NCBI GenBank assembly: GCA_013265495.1
Contig: MU058259.1
Coordinates: forward strand, 176,161-203,222
Source: Vicugna vicugna
Lineage: Eukaryota
DNA length: 27,062 nucleotides
Reading direction: 5' to 3'
This document shows, one piece after another, positions 10,088 to 22,128 of this stretch. Under the pieces are notes generated by a model, which saw only the letters and a program-made list of their open reading frames with translations, was not told the origin of the DNA and made no database searches. Each line of letters begins with the position of its first letter. Positions within the stretch are counted from its first letter, which is position 1. A program made the position numbers and the translations under genes.

Positions 10088-10443
10088 ATGTTCACATTTT
10101 AACATCTCTGAAATTGAGATGCACCTAGTTGATGGTACCTTATCGTTGTCAGCCAGGCAGTGGGTATTGTCTGCTCCCATGCAAACTTAGATCGAAAACC
10201 TTTGCTTCCTCTAGGTAAATGTCTAGAAAGCACACAAACACTGAAACTTGCAGAATAGGCATCAGTGACTTGGAAGAAAGCCCCAGGGACAGCAGTGGAG
10301 CCCACTTCTATGAAAAGCTGTGTCATCAACTCTTTTCATGAAATAAAAATTGTAGGTGGTCAGGAAGTATCATGTTGGCGGTATTTTTATTTCTTGGTAG
10401 TACATAAAATAATCGTGTATCTTAGATTTGCTGAAATGCAGTA
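10088..10443 (+). mobile_element. TcMar-Tc2 (Kanga1/MER104-like) DNA transposon deletion derivative
   Basis: ttcacattttaacatctctgaaattgagatgcacct...gttgtcagccaggcag at the left; cttggtagtacataaaataatcgtgtatcttagatttgctgaaatgcagta at the right terminus, ending in TA. Confidence 0.7.
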
Positions 10444-11059
10444 TTCCCACAGGCCACCTTCTTCCTTGTTCCTGTGATCAGTTGTGTCTGGCCAGAAAAG
10501 TTTGGCACTTACAGATGTGAGTTTGATGCTGGCGCCAGGATATGGTTACTCCCAGCGTAGTATATACCCTGTGGCTCAGTGGCTACCAGGCAGTAGGACT
10601 TGCCTCCTGCCGTTTTGTCACTGAATTGTGGGTACCCACGTCATTGGATGTGGAGTGCAGACCCCACCAGTTCTACACACATTTATCTGCCACTTTGTCA
10701 GATATTTCCCTCTCTTGTCAAGCCTCTTTATTTAGAATGTGCTGTTTAGGCCAAAAGTGTCTTCTGGGAGGAGAGAGAGTTTAGGGTCACCTACCAGCAA
10801 TCAGACCTTTCACAGTCTGAATTGTCTAGAACAGGACTCCGGACCTAGGAGTGTGGGAAAATGTCCTTCAAATGGCAGAAAGGGTTCTAGAACAAGGAGG
10901 CAGAGCCTCAAGCCGTCTCTCAAATAATTGGGTGCAGAATAAACCAGGACCTTAGGAGCAATAATATACACAAATTAGCAAAAAGCAGGAAAAGGCAAAA
11001 AAAAAGAGCTATGAGAATTAATGCATCTTCATCTAGAGCTGTGTAGAAATCTGGTAGCC

Positions 11060-11180
11060 AGAGACTTGATGGACAAGTCTTTTCACATCTCGAAGTCTCA
11101 GTTTTATTACCTGTAAAATGGGATACACGTACCTCATGAAGTGACTGGAGGCATTAAAATGCTTTCAAAATGCTTATGTA
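11060..11180 (+). mobile_element. MIR core fragment
   Basis: ggacaagtcttttcacatctcgaagtctcagttttattacctgtaaaatgggata...tacctcat. Confidence 0.7.
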
Positions 11181-11844
11181 CAATCAAACCTTACCACATT
11201 GAAATAATTATGTGCCAAGTACACCATATGACTTGATAATTTCTGAATGTACATGTCGGAATGGATGTAAACAATGACCCTAAGTCATGAAGTAAGAATT
11301 AAATATCTTCTGAATAATCTGTTTAAAAAAGTGGCAGTGGCGTTGGGGTGGGGGGAGGGATGCAATCCATAATTTAGAAAGATATCCCTCAAAAATGCTT
11401 GTATATATATGGAACTTATCGGTACATTTTAGTTATCTGGATAATTCACAAATATGGAAAAACTTCATCTTCAACGATGCTGGATAAATGAGGCATGATG
11501 TTAAAAACATATTCTAAGATCTCCATATCAGGCTTTAGAAGAATTTAGTGCTGTGACTGATAAAAACCCTTGTGAGTCATGTAGCTGAAAAAAGGTCTTT
11601 GAAACTGGGCCTTTTGTTTTCTTGGTATCCATATAAACACAGGAAACCAGAACTATTTAGCTACAAATTCACTCAGTACTGAAAATGAAAATGTGAGAGC
11701 AGAACTCCATAATGGGCACAACTCTCCTAAGGTTGATGGCGACATGCCATTATTGTGTGTAGGAAACTTGTGTGTAATTGTGCCTCCCCAAAAGTGGCTA
11801 AGAAGAAGTGGGTGGATAGAATGTGGAGATATACTAAATAATTA

Positions 11845-12058
11845 AAGAGTAGAAGCCCTACATGATTTGGCTTCTAGCACATTTCTCAACTTCTCTCTTA
11901 CCTATTCATTAAAGTCACCTAAACTGATATTTACGCAGGTCATCCAGCCCTGCCATCATTCTCCTATGTGAATTCTGCAAATAGTCTTGCTGCATAGGGA
12001 GACCCATATATAAGTTTCCCTAATGTTGAATAAGTTTCTTATCTTTGCAGCTTAAACA
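11845..12058 (+). mobile_element. Degenerate L2 fragment
   Basis: aagccctacatgatttggcttctagcacatttctcaacttc resembles L2 aaggccctccatgatctggcccctgcctacctctccagcctc. Confidence 0.45.
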
Positions 12059-12228
12059 AGTTTGTAATCTTTTAAAACAAACTGCTCTGTTTCAGACAGT
12101 ATTTCCTATTTGAAGGCATATAACTAGACTTGCAAAGAGCAAAGAGTGAAGAGTATGTTTTGCAGTTTTCCTTGGGAAGTTTTCTAGAGCTTTACCCAAG
12201 ACAATTGTAGGGAAGGGATTTCTTCTAG

Positions 12229-12540
12229 ACCTGTGACACTAGCCATAGTAGCTTACTGAGCTCTTGAAATGTGGCCAGACTAAATTGAGATGAGCTGGAG
12301 GTGTACAATACATATACCCAGACTTCAAAGGCTTAGTTAAAAATGTAAATATCTCATTAATATTTTATTATTGATTGAATGTTGAAATTAAAATATTTTG
12401 GGTTGAATAAAGTATATATGGTTGTAATTAATTTCACCCGGTTGTGACCCCCCTTTTAAAAATGAGGCTACTAGAAAATGTGTGATTACATATACGGCTC
12501 ACATTTGTGGCTTCCATAATATTTCTATTGAACAGATGGG
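12229..12540 (-). mobile_element. MER33 hAT-Charlie DNA transposon (second copy)
   Basis: cactagcca...ctcttgaaatgtggccagactaaattgagatg...gacttcaaaggcttag...aatgaggctactagaaaat...tatttctattgaacag. Confidence 0.85.
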
Positions 12541-12619
12541 TCTAAGTCATAATAAGGTTGGCTCACCCTGGTCTGATTACCTGTTTCAAGTCCTTTTAGG
12601 ACTAAGAAACTCAGAATGA

Positions 12620-12776
12620 GAAATGGGAGACACTGGTCCTAATCCAAGCTCTGACACTAACCACACTAATCTCCGCTGTGTCTCAGAATCTGGATCCATG
12701 GTTTGGGGCAACATAACCTACCCTCCACACCTCATAGGTAGGCTGTGAAGATAAAAGGAAATTCTGTATGAGAAAG
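12620..12776 (+). mobile_element. Degenerate MIR SINE
   Basis: ggagacactggtcctaatccaagctctgacactaac...acctcataggtaggctgtgaagataaaa. Confidence 0.55.
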
Positions 12777-12939
12777 AAGCCATTGGCAGCCTGCTCAGGG
12801 CTGTTGGTATCATCTAGAATACTCTCAACACAAAAGAGTCATCAGAAGTTTTTCTGAGGCTACTTGTCCTCCCTATTCCAGACTTCAGGGGACATCATAT
12901 TATATTCCATATTACGTGGGAACATTACACTACATCTAT

Positions 12940-13530
12940 GGCTCATATTTACTGTGTGCCTCTATATGGTGGTCATTGTGCCCAAGACTTCATAAACATT
13001 AGCTCATTTAATCCACAGAACCACCTTATGAGATTGACACTATTGTTACTGAGAATCAGAGCAGTGTGGTGTTTAAGGTCAGGGGTTCTAGAGCCAGACT
13101 ATTTGGATGCATAACTAAGAGCCACCACTTAATAGGCATGTGACGCTGGGCAAGCTACTTAACCTCTCCAAGCCACAGGTTCCTCATCAGTACAATGAGG
13201 AAAATAATAATACTGCATTAAGATAATGCTAACTACTGTCACTAGCAAAATCAAATGGGCGTGATGGCTCATATACAATAGAATACTTGCACAAGTAAAG
13301 CAAAAATTGGATATTCCAATCAGGGATCCAGGAAGCAAGCTCTTTATGTCTCCTTAGAGTGACTTTCAAAGTCACTGAGTTTGTCCGCATCAAGCTGGAA
13401 GAGGAAAGAGCGTGCAAGATGATGTATGGAAGGAACCTGAGACTCAGAGAGACTTGTCCTAGGTCATACAACTAGACAATAGAAGCTTTGAGATTCACAC
13501 TCAGCTCTGTCTGGTTCTGGAGCTCATATT
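12940..13530. mobile_element. MIR cluster: a minus-strand MIR in two parts (~12940-13050, ~13420-13530) with a plus-strand MIR (~13055-13215) between them
   Basis: ctcatttaatccacagaaccaccttatgag (-); ctagagccagact...tgtgacgctgggcaagctacttaacctctccaagcc (+); gaacctgagactcagagagacttgtcctaggtcatacaactag (-). Confidence 0.7.
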
Positions 13531-13962
13531 GACTGCACAAATCATAACCCACACACACCCCCATTTGCTGTGCACAGAGCTGAACTACCACCATAAATGG
13601 GTGCACAGTTGACCACTTTCTGTGGACTCTGCATCTGAGAAGATGGAGAAGGATCTGACCAGAAGCTACACTGGCTTCACATGAGAGGGTGGAGTGGAGA
13701 ATGTGCTCTGCACGGGGAGTAGATTTTGGACTATTGGATGACATTGCTGGTCCTCCTGGGCATCACCACTGTTGCTGCCACCATCACCATAATCTTTTCT
13801 TTTTCTTGCTGCCTGCCTTCACTTTGGAACTTTATAAACCCTTCATGAGCTTGAAAAAACAGCTCCTAAGACAGAGAAACAAACCTATTTACAAACACAA
13901 CTGTGGAAATGAGCTGTGAGTCTAGGACCCTGGTTCTTATTCTTGCTCAGTCACTTACCAAC

Positions 13963-14394
13963 TGTAATAGATTCTTCCATAGTTCCAATTCTCCACTCTT
14001 CATTGTATCCATGCTCTTTGCCTTATGTCTTTGCAGTTTCTACCACTAGCAGCAGAGAATATATCCCTGTTCTGTCAGTGTTGGACTTCGCCATGTTACT
14101 TGCTCTGGCCAATGAGCTATTAGCAGACATATTACAAGCAGAGACTTGAATTATGCTTACACCATTAGGCTTGCTCTCTTACCTGCCTTACATTCTCCAT
14201 TAGAACAAACTCTGGTTAGCCCACTGGTTCAAGGGATGAGAGACACATGGAGAAGACTGGGATTCAACTTGCAGCTTGGAGCCTAGCCCAGTCTAAATCA
14301 TTCAGTCCCTATCCAGAGAAGAGTGAATGCTTTAAGAGACTAAACTTTAGGATAGTTTGTTACACACATTATTTTGGTAGTAGCTGACTCATAT
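13963..14394 (+). mobile_element. MLT1H1/H2-type solo LTR
   Basis: tgtatccatgctctttgcc...ttacttgctctggccaatgag...caagcagagacttgaa...ggatgagagacacatggag...tttgttacacacattattttggtagtagctgactcata. Confidence 0.8.
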
Positions 14395-15529
14395 ATCAAC
14401 CATGAGTACCCTCAGAAAATCATTCTTCTCTGACATTCAGTTTACTTCTCTCTGCAGTGAGAGCATCGAACAAATACCCTCAAGCCCCTTCCAGCTGTCC
14501 GAAGACAAAAGCAAACTGTCTTGCCATGTTTTTTGCTTTGGGTACAGGAACAGAAGTGGGGGTCTTAAGAGAGCATCCTTTAAATATGATAATTAGGCAA
14601 CTATTTTCTTGTAATTTTGAGCTATATTATATTAATTATTTTCATATTTTAATGAATAGAAGCATATCTCATTAGCTTTTAATTACCCAAAATATGCTTT
14701 ACTAGCCCATTCTCCACAGCCAGCATGGGCTGTTTCTGTGGCCCCCCTTGTAACTCAGAAGGTAGAGCCTGGAGGCTGTTGAGGGGGTGGAAGGTGGCTA
14801 CCATTCAGTCTCCAGCCTTGAGGAGATAGAAGTCTAACTTCAAAGTTAGTTGAGACATCCAAGCAGTTGTGAAAAGATGTTACGTCCATCCACGCCTTTT
14901 CGAAAGGTGCTTATATTAGACAGAGGTCCGAGGAGATATACAACCATGGAATGTACATATGTGCCTTAAAAATTGGTTTCTCAGAACTGGCAGTGATTGT
15001 GGTAGTAGATTTATTGTATGTACCACAGGTCAAGGTTCATAGGTTACTTTCCAAATATCCTTTTCAGGTGTCTGATAATTCCTAAAATATATATACATTA
15101 TGGTACAGACTGCTGTGAGGAAAGTTAGTTCATTACTTGCTACACTTGGAGACCAAATGAAAATAAGATAGATATTCTCTCTGGGGTCTCCAGGTCCTCA
15201 TGTTTCCCAGTGATATTTCTGGCCCTAACTGCCAAGGGCCAGATGGGCTGGAACTCTATTCTGACTGGAGTGGATGCATCTGACATTCTGTACCTGACAT
15301 ATTTCTTCTGACACTTACTTATGCAGCAGAATAAACTGAATCTAGTCATCCTTCCACTTGCTAAAAAGAATGGTTTCTTCTTGCACCCATACATAAAAAT
15401 ACATACCAGGAAAGACCTTGTAACCTTATTTTCACAAGCAAAAGATTAGAAATGACAGGAATGTCCACCAATCGGTAACTAATTCAATAAAGTTGCCACT
15501 AATTTGGTCTAAAGTCATGCTTAATATCA

Positions 15530-15752
15530 AATATGTGAGGTCGAAGACCTGAGTTCAAATCCCAGTAGTGTTGATTATGCACTTGGAGTACTGGGCAAGT
15601 CATGTAACATCTCTGTAGTTCAGTTCCTCATCTTTGAAACAGAGATGGTATACCTCTATAAAATGTACAGAGTTAGTGGTAATAAATGAGCCAACATAAA
15701 TAAGGTGCTTAGAACCTAGTAAGTATATAAATATACTTTAGCTATTATTTTT
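15530..15752 (+). mobile_element. MIR SINE
   Basis: agacctgagttcaaatcccag...ctgggcaagtcatgtaacatctctgtagttcagttcctcatctttgaaacagagat...gtgcttagaac...tagctattatt. Confidence 0.8.
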
Positions 15753-15799
15753 AATATTATTTATAAGAATGAGATAAATTTAAATACTCTATTGAAATG

Positions 15800-16287
15800 G
15801 AATAATCACCCCAAAACTTAGCAGCTTAAAACCACAGCCACTATTCATTATTTCTCATGATTCTGAGGGTTGACTAGGCTCACATGGGATATTCCTCTGC
15901 TCTGTGTAGTGTCAGCTGGGGCTACTATCATCTGAAAGCTCAACTGGGGCTGGACCATCCAAAATGACTCACTCATGTGGTTGGCTGTTGGTGCTGGCTG
16001 GGATTCTTGTCCAAAGCACCTTGGATATCCTCTCCATTTGGCTTGGGATTCTCACAGCATGACATCTGGGCTCCAAAGGGGAGTTTCCCAAGTGTGTGAA
16101 GGTGGGATTTAGGAAGTTTATAAGATCGAATTTGGGAACTTACACACAGCCATGGAAGTTACACACTTCTGCCACATTTTATTGGTCAAAACAAGTCGCA
16201 TGCAGGCCTGAATTCAAAAGGAGAGGAAAAAACTTATCTCTCAATGGGAGGAATGGCAAAGAATTTGCAAGCATCTTCAGTTCATCG
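15800..16287 (-). mobile_element. MLT1H-type solo LTR
   Basis: caccccaaaacttagcagcttaaaacca...ctcatgattctgagggttgactaggctca...tccaaaatgactcactcatgtggttggc...cacttctgccacattttattggtcaaaacaagtc. Confidence 0.8.
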
Positions 16288-16742
16288 TATTGTTTAGAAG
16301 AGGGGAAAATGTAGGAAGTGTGGGTATGTTACCATTTATGTAGCAAGGGAGCTTTTATATGTACATATGTACATGCATATACATAAAATAACAAATCATA
16401 TCTAAAACAACATATGTATGCCACACATACATATATGTATATGAATGTGTGCATGTGTACTGCATGAAATAAATATCTTTAGACAGATACATAAGAAACT
16501 TGTAACAGGGGACTAGGAGACTGAGCTGGGAGGTTGACATAGTTTTCACTGTATGCAGATTGCATGGTTTAAATTATTTTCATCATATCCATATTTTATT
16601 CAAAACGAGTAAATAAAAATGTAAAGAATTAGCAATATTAATGTTTCAGCTGTTCTAGTACAAGGGGTAGTCATTCATGGAGAAAGCAATTCCATGAAAC
16701 AGTAACTTTGAGTTGTCCTCACCAACTAGAGAGATTCCCCTA

Positions 16743-16767
16743 ACACACACACACACACACACACACA
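16743..16767. repeat. (AC)12 microsatellite
   Basis: Perfect dinucleotide run. Confidence 0.95.
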
Positions 16768-17721
16768 AAACTGGTATTTTTTTTAAAACCACCAAAGTAG
16801 TTCATGTGTCTGTCATGTTCGCACTAAGAATCAGGTTACTGGATATTTGAAGAACACTTTTTCTATTCCAATTAAAAATCATCATTTATCTGTGACTAGC
16901 ATAACATTTCATTTATATTTGAAATCGAAGAGCAGAATGGCTCCACCAAATCCGGAATCTGTAAACACAGTATCATGTTTTGATAGACACATAGCTGTGG
17001 ATTTCAGCATCATTATTTGGTAGCTGTGGGTTTGTGCTATTACTCTGTGGTATTAGATGGTTGCAGGGAGTTTTCAGTTCTTCTTTTACAAAGAAGGAGC
17101 AAAAACAGAAAGTGAAGGCACAAATTCCCACCCATGTCCTATGCAGCAGTAAGGAAAGCCATGCAGTCATTCCAAGGCAAGGGACAGAAATAATCTGTTT
17201 ACTCTGCTTCTGCTCTCTGTGTGAGACCCTCTTGTCCGAAGAGTGGGTTAGTGGTACCACTGAAGTAGGAAAGAGATGATTTCAGGTTCCACAGCTTATG
17301 TGCGTCTTGTTATTGCAGTGTTTAGACATTCATTCTGCACATGTGCTTACCCATAACAGAATCTATTGATTTCATTTTTTAAAGTCTTTGGGTAACTATG
17401 GATTTGGCAGCAAGTGTCCCAGATTTTTCACTTTCATTCTTAATTTTTAAAATATCCATTTGCACTTCCATTTGTGACCCCATTTAGCATGATCTTTTGA
17501 GTAAAGTTTAGCCAGAGCACTAGTGAATTTCAAGCATGAATAAATCAAGCAAGGGTCAAAACATAATTCATAGAGAATTTTAGAGGTCACATTCACTTCC
17601 TTATTCTTCCTTGCCTTAAAAGAGAATTTGGGGGGCATTATAAATAATCAGCTTCTCTGTAATCACCAACATCATTACTCTGGGCTCACGGATTATGTGA
17701 CACAGTTGTGCTTATAGATTT

Positions 17722-17885
17722 ATAACATTTTGAAGCTGAAAGGGGCCTTAGAGATTATAATGAAGAAACACAAGTTCAGAGAGGTCAAGTGACATGCAGT
17801 CACACAGGCGGTTAGTGAAAAGTTCCAGATAAAACTTGCAGATTTTGCAACTCCTAGTCCATTGTTTTTTTCCTGTACCACGACA
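17722..17885 (-). mobile_element. MIR/MIR3 SINE fragment
   Basis: agctgaaaggggccttagagattat...atgaagaaacacaagttcagagaggtcaagtgacatgc...ctcctagtccattgttttttt. Confidence 0.7.
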
Positions 17886-18331
17886 TTACAGTTATTATTA
17901 TATGGTTCAATGTCACCCTTGCCCTCAGCATGTTTACAGAGTAGTGAAACACACCAGGACTTGCTGTGCTATTGGGCCATTGGGCAAGGCTGGGTTACAT
18001 GTTGAGGGAGGGGATGGTTGTTTATTGAAGCTTCAACAAAAAACACGCCGCGTATGTCCTTAATTGTTTGTGCTTCTAAGATTTTGTTGGAACAAAGGGT
18101 TCCACGACTAAAGCATTTGGAAACCACATCAATAGTCCAACCCAAAATTAATGCACGGTATAGGTTTAATACAGCATATATAAAACATGTGTGTGAAGCT
18201 GATTAACATGCCCAAAGAAGTCAGGTTTGTGATTGGGTGCAGTGTGGATCAAGTAAGGATTCTGAATTAAGTGAGCAAGTCCTTTTTCATTACTCTTAAG
18301 TTCTAATGTCCTTTTTCTCTTCCATCTAGCT

Positions 18332-18542
18332 CAGCGGTTCACAATTCAGGGTGATTTTACTCCCCCAGTGGATGTTTGGCAATGCCTAGGGACATTTGTG
18401 GTTGTGATAACTAGGGAAGGGATGCTACCGGCATCTAAGTAGAGGCCAGGGATTCTGCGGAACATCCTACAATACACAGGACAGCCCCACAAGAGAGGAG
18501 TATCCGCCCAAAATCTCAGCAGTGCTGAGATGAGAAACCCTG
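18332..18542 (+). mobile_element. MER20 hAT-Charlie DNA transposon, full length, inserted in an L2 remnant
   Basis: cagcggttcacaattcagggtgattttactcccccag...tagaggccagggattctgc...tgagaaaccctg; 8-bp TSD atctagct (18324-18331) / atcttgtt (18543-18550). Confidence 0.9.
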
Positions 18543-18830
18543 ATCTTGTTAAACCCTACCTATCAGGGCCAGCTCAGGCCCACTGCTTCTCTTTGATGTT
18601 TTCCTGGTCTCCACCAACCCTCTTCACTCTGAGATTTTATGGTTCCTACTCCCCAATTTAGCAGTTAGTTGAATAATTATCTTACTTGCTCATAATTTTT
18701 CAAGCCAAGACTAACTTAGCTGCTCAGTTAGGTTACAAGTATCCCATAAGAGGAGCAAGTATTTCATGAATATACTTGTTCCAGGTGCCTTAGAAGCACG
18801 TAACCTTGGCTAAACATATGGGAAATGCTT
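18543..18830 (+). mobile_element. Degenerate L2 fragment
   Basis: aaaccctacctatcagggccagctcagg...ttttcctggtctcc...agcacgtaaccttggctaaacata. Confidence 0.45.
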
Positions 18831-19336
18831 TTCCGGGGAAGATGTGAAAGGAGAACGTTCAGAAGAATGTTTCAGATGCCCAGAGGAGCTGCTTAAACAA
18901 AAACTCGGAATCACTAGTAAAGAAAAGTCAGCAGATTTTTCTAGTTGGTGTGAGGGTGATGACAAAGATGGTGGTAAAAGGCAAGAAGGCATGAGGAAAA
19001 GGGTGAAGGCAAAATGGAAGAGGATTTTAAAACACACAAAGGAGTTAATGCTGGAACATAGATAAAGGTGGCCTCTAAAAATTTCATTCATCATTCATCC
19101 ATTCGACAAATGCTTGTCTTCGAGGTATGGGTACTCTTCTAGGCCTGGTACATAGTGATGAACAAAACAGGGTATATGAGGGCTGATACAGATTCTGGTG
19201 GAGGGAGAGGCAGATCATGAATAAACTAACGATGTAATATAATGTATTATCTATGCATGCTGTATATATACACACATACATACAGCTTATACAATGTAAA
19301 AGCCACATATATAATGTAAATTCAAAAACCGATAAA

Positions 19337-19500
19337 CAGTGCTATGCTAATAAAGGGTTAACTGCTGGTTTTAGGGGTGGGCAGAGCCCCGATTTTTAAC
19401 ATTTGCCAATTTCCATGGTGTAAAATACTCTGGCTATATATTATTTTAAGCAACAAATGTGAGGTCACTGAACACAGATTTGGGAAGAGATATGTACAGT
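19337..19500. mobile_element. MER63-like hAT-Blackjack fragment
   Basis: cagtgctatgct...tttgccaatttccatggtgtaaaatactc...gtcactgaacacagatttgggaagagat. Confidence 0.75.
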
Positions 19501-19559
19501 ACTATAAAGAAGATACAAAGCAGGTTTAAAAGACTGAGGATGGTGGGGATGCTGTTTTT

Positions 19560-20319
19560 TTCTGTTTTTATTGAGGTATAGTTGATTAATAATATACAAG
19601 TTTCAGGTGTACAGTATAGTGATTCACAATTTTTAAAGGTTATACTCCATTTATACTTATAAAATATTGGCTCTATTTCCTGTGTTGTACGATGTATCCT
19701 TGTAGCTTATTTATTTTATACACAGTAGTTTGTACCTCTTAATCCCCTACCCCTATCTTGCCTCTCCCTCTTCACTCTCCCCACTGGTAACCACTAATTT
19801 GTTCTCTATATCTGTGAATCTGTTTCTGTTTTGCTATATACATTTGTTTGTTTTATTTTTAGATTTCACATGTAAGTGATACATATAGTATTTGTCTTTT
19901 TCTGTCTGGCTTATTTCACTTAGCATAATACCCTCCAACTCCACCCATGTTGTTGCAAATGGCGAAATTTCACGTTTTTAAAGGCTGAGTAGTATTCCAT
20001 TGTGTGTAAGTGTACACACACACACACACACACACACCATATCTTCTTTATCCATTCTTCTGTTGATGGATACTTAGGTTGCTTCTGAATCTTGACTATT
20101 TTAAGTAATGCTGCTGTGAACACTGGGGTGCAGGTATCTTTTCAAATTAGTATTTTTTGTTTTTTTCAAATATATGCCCAGGAGTGGAATTTCTGGGTCA
20201 TATAGTAGTTCTATTTTTAGTTTTTTGAGGAACCTCCAGACTGTACTATTTTCCACAGTGGCTACACCAATTTATCTTCCTGCCAACAGTGCATGAGGGT
20301 TCCCTTTTCTCCACATACA
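19560..20319 (-). mobile_element. 5'-truncated L1 (cetartiodactyl-type 3' UTR plus ORF2 C-terminus) with TSD
   Basis: ORF 19920-20123(-) MFTAALLKIVKIQKQPKYPSTEEWIKKIW...TMEYYSAFK is the L1 ORF2 C-terminus. ttttattgaggtatagttgatt is the L1 3' end. TSD gggatgctgttttt (19546-19559) / gggatgctattttt (20320-20333). Confidence 0.92.
20014..20037. repeat. (AC)12 microsatellite inside L1
   Basis: Perfect dinucleotide run. Confidence 0.95.
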
Positions 20320-21792
20320 GGGATGCTATTTTTGATGCTTCAGTCAGAGAAGATTTCTCTGAGGATGTGACATCTGAATAGTAAGGTTTCTGTAAAAAGA
20401 TGTGATTTTTGTTTTATCAGTATGTTTAGTGACTCAGGATACCTCACTTATTTTGCCTTCTCCCTATAGGGCTATAAATGTGGGCAAAATTGAGCTTCTC
20501 CCAGATCTTTCTCTCCCTCAGAGGAGCAGCTAGTGAGACATGTCAGAGGAGAAAGTTGAAAAGAGAGAACAAACAAGGTCCCTTTCCCACATCACACCCC
20601 GGGGACCTAGCGTGTGGTTGGAAATTTCTGTAAGAGTGAAGACTGTCACCATATCTATGGGGGTACCAGGGTCCTACCCAGAGCTGGCTGGAAATCTTGC
20701 CTCTCTCCCAGAGATAGAGTGTAGATTATTCTAGTAGTCCCTCCACAGCATGAGCCTGGGATACTTGGCAAGAAGTTCTACTTCAGGTCATAACATTCTC
20801 CACATGCTTTCTTGGTTGTTGTTGAAAAAAATGTATGCAAAAAGGATTTTCAATTTTCAAACGAGTGCCCACAGAACTCCACAATTACCAACTGGTGTTG
20901 CCTAAGAGAGTGGCAATTTGGTTGAGAAATAGGTTTCAGTTTGTAACTTCCAAGGGTATATGATAAACTTCCAGGAGTAAGAAATCTGGAAACACGAGGG
21001 AAATGTTTTCAAACTCTCCTCAATCAAGCCTCTGATTTAAATGAAGAAAAAATTCCTCTGAATGCCAAAAATGCATATTTCAGATGTCCCCATCAACTGT
21101 GAGACAGTTGCTTTCCCATGAAGACCTGCCATTGTGGACAGTATGAGAAATCTCAAATTAAAATTAATGGTTATTCAGAGAAAGCCTTTCAATCGAGCCA
21201 AGACTCCCAACTTTACATTGTGCAGCCTTTGCCACACAATTATGAGGTCCAGTTGGGTTGCTTAAAATTTTTGTAGTATTTAATCCCCCAATTGCAGCAA
21301 TGTTTGTTTTAATATCTTCTCTACAGTTCAGTGACCCGGTAGCCAGTGTGAGAGAAAACAGGAGAACTGAGCCCCAACTTCCAGCCGCCTGGTTTCCCTT
21401 CCTCCACTCCGGCTTGGGCCTCAGGCACAAGGTTGGGCTGCTATGGATCAAGTCCTCCCTTAAAATTCTGGGCTGGCTTAGGTGGGCCCATGGGGGACAG
21501 AGGGGAAGATGGGCTAGTTGGGATCCTTGGTTCTGATTGTACAGTGTGATTGGCAGGGACGTTGCTTCATTCATTTGGGATTTTTACCAGGAAGACAGAC
21601 TAGCCTTGCTTTGGCAACATTTAGTGTCAGGAAGGAGGACACTATATTCTCTCCTTTCATGCTGCGCAATTCTTGTAGGTCAAGCTTGCTCTTTGGGATT
21701 CTTCTCTTCAGCATCTCACCTCTGGTGGTTTGGAGGGGTCACTGGAAATGGAGGCAGGAGGCAAGTAAGCCAAGGGAAAGTTTAAAGCTGAT

Positions 21793-22128
21793 TGTGTTCA
21801 TTTGCTGGGGCTGCTGTAACAAACTGGGTGGCTCAGAGGATCCTTTCTTGCCTTTTTCAGCTTCTGGCAGCCCCATGTGTTCTGTGGCTTGTGGCAACAT
21901 AACTCCAAATTCTGCCTCCATCTTTATATGGCCTTCTTTCCTCTGTCTATGTCCAGATTTTCCTCTTCTTAAAAGGACACCAATCATATTGGATTGGAGT
22001 GACCCTACTGCAGTGTGACCTCATCTTATATCTGCAATTACCCTATTTCCAACAAAGGTCACATTCTGAGGTACTGGGTATTAGGACTTCAACACATCTT
22101 TTGGAGAGAAACAGTTCAACCCATGACA
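21793..22128 (-). mobile_element. MLT1B/C-type solo LTR with internal deletion
   Basis: tgtgttcatttgctggggctgctgtaacaaactgggtggct...aaggacaccaatcatattggatt...aaggtcacattctgaggtactgggtattaggacttcaacacatctttt...caacccatgaca; TG...CA ends. Confidence 0.88.

Larger units (their letters stand above)
15380..16622 (+). mobile_element. Old L1ME 3' end in three pieces (~15380-15495, ~15760-15800, ~16290-16622), interrupted by a MIR and an MLT1
   Basis: agcaaaagattagaaatgacaggaatgtccaccaatcgg; aagaatgagataaatttaaatact; gatacataagaaacttgtaacag...ttttcactgtat...ttattcaaaa. Confidence 0.6.
19082..20381 (-). mobile_element. L2 3' end host element in pieces (~19082-19240, ~19500-19555, ~20320-20381)
   Basis: ttcattcatcattcatccattcgacaaatgcttg...ctaggcctggtacatagtgatgaacaaaacag; gtcagagaagatttctctgaggatgtgacatctgaa. 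Confidence 0.7.

Noticed and set aside
13689..13919. His/Cys-rich ORF (GHHHCCCHHHH) as a metal-binding peptide
   Set aside because: Derived from a short degenerate (CAY)n/(TGY)n tract; GTG start, no homology or exon context.
5797..14394. Apparent repeated order MER33 - MIR(-) - MIR(+) - MLT1H twice, suggesting an ancient ~6-kb tandem duplication
   Set aside because: The intervening unique sequences do not resemble each other and the two LTRs look like different subfamilies; independent insertions explain it.
7985..14394. Two same-orientation MLT1H-type LTRs ~5.5 kb apart as a provirus
   Set aside because: The LTRs are dissimilar, there is no PBS/gag-like internal sequence, and the interval contains older MIR/L2 elements.
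16135..16166. Direct repeat ggaacttacacac / ggaagttacacac (also tacctaaag x2 at ~992-1009)
   Set aside because: Two-copy micro-duplications typical of replication slippage; not an array.
17910..18126. Possible hAT-Charlie remnant ending aaagggttccacgactaaagcatttggaaacca
   Set aside because: Only the terminal ~30 bp is suggestive; family and boundaries could not be supported.
18844..19065. Lys/Glu-rich ORF resembling a retrocopy fragment
   Set aside because: Purine-rich stretch between L2 fragments; no recognisable parent, poly(A) or TSD.
21518..22018. Longest ORF (166 aa)
   Set aside because: Its second half is antisense MLT1 LTR sequence; no ATG start or domain.
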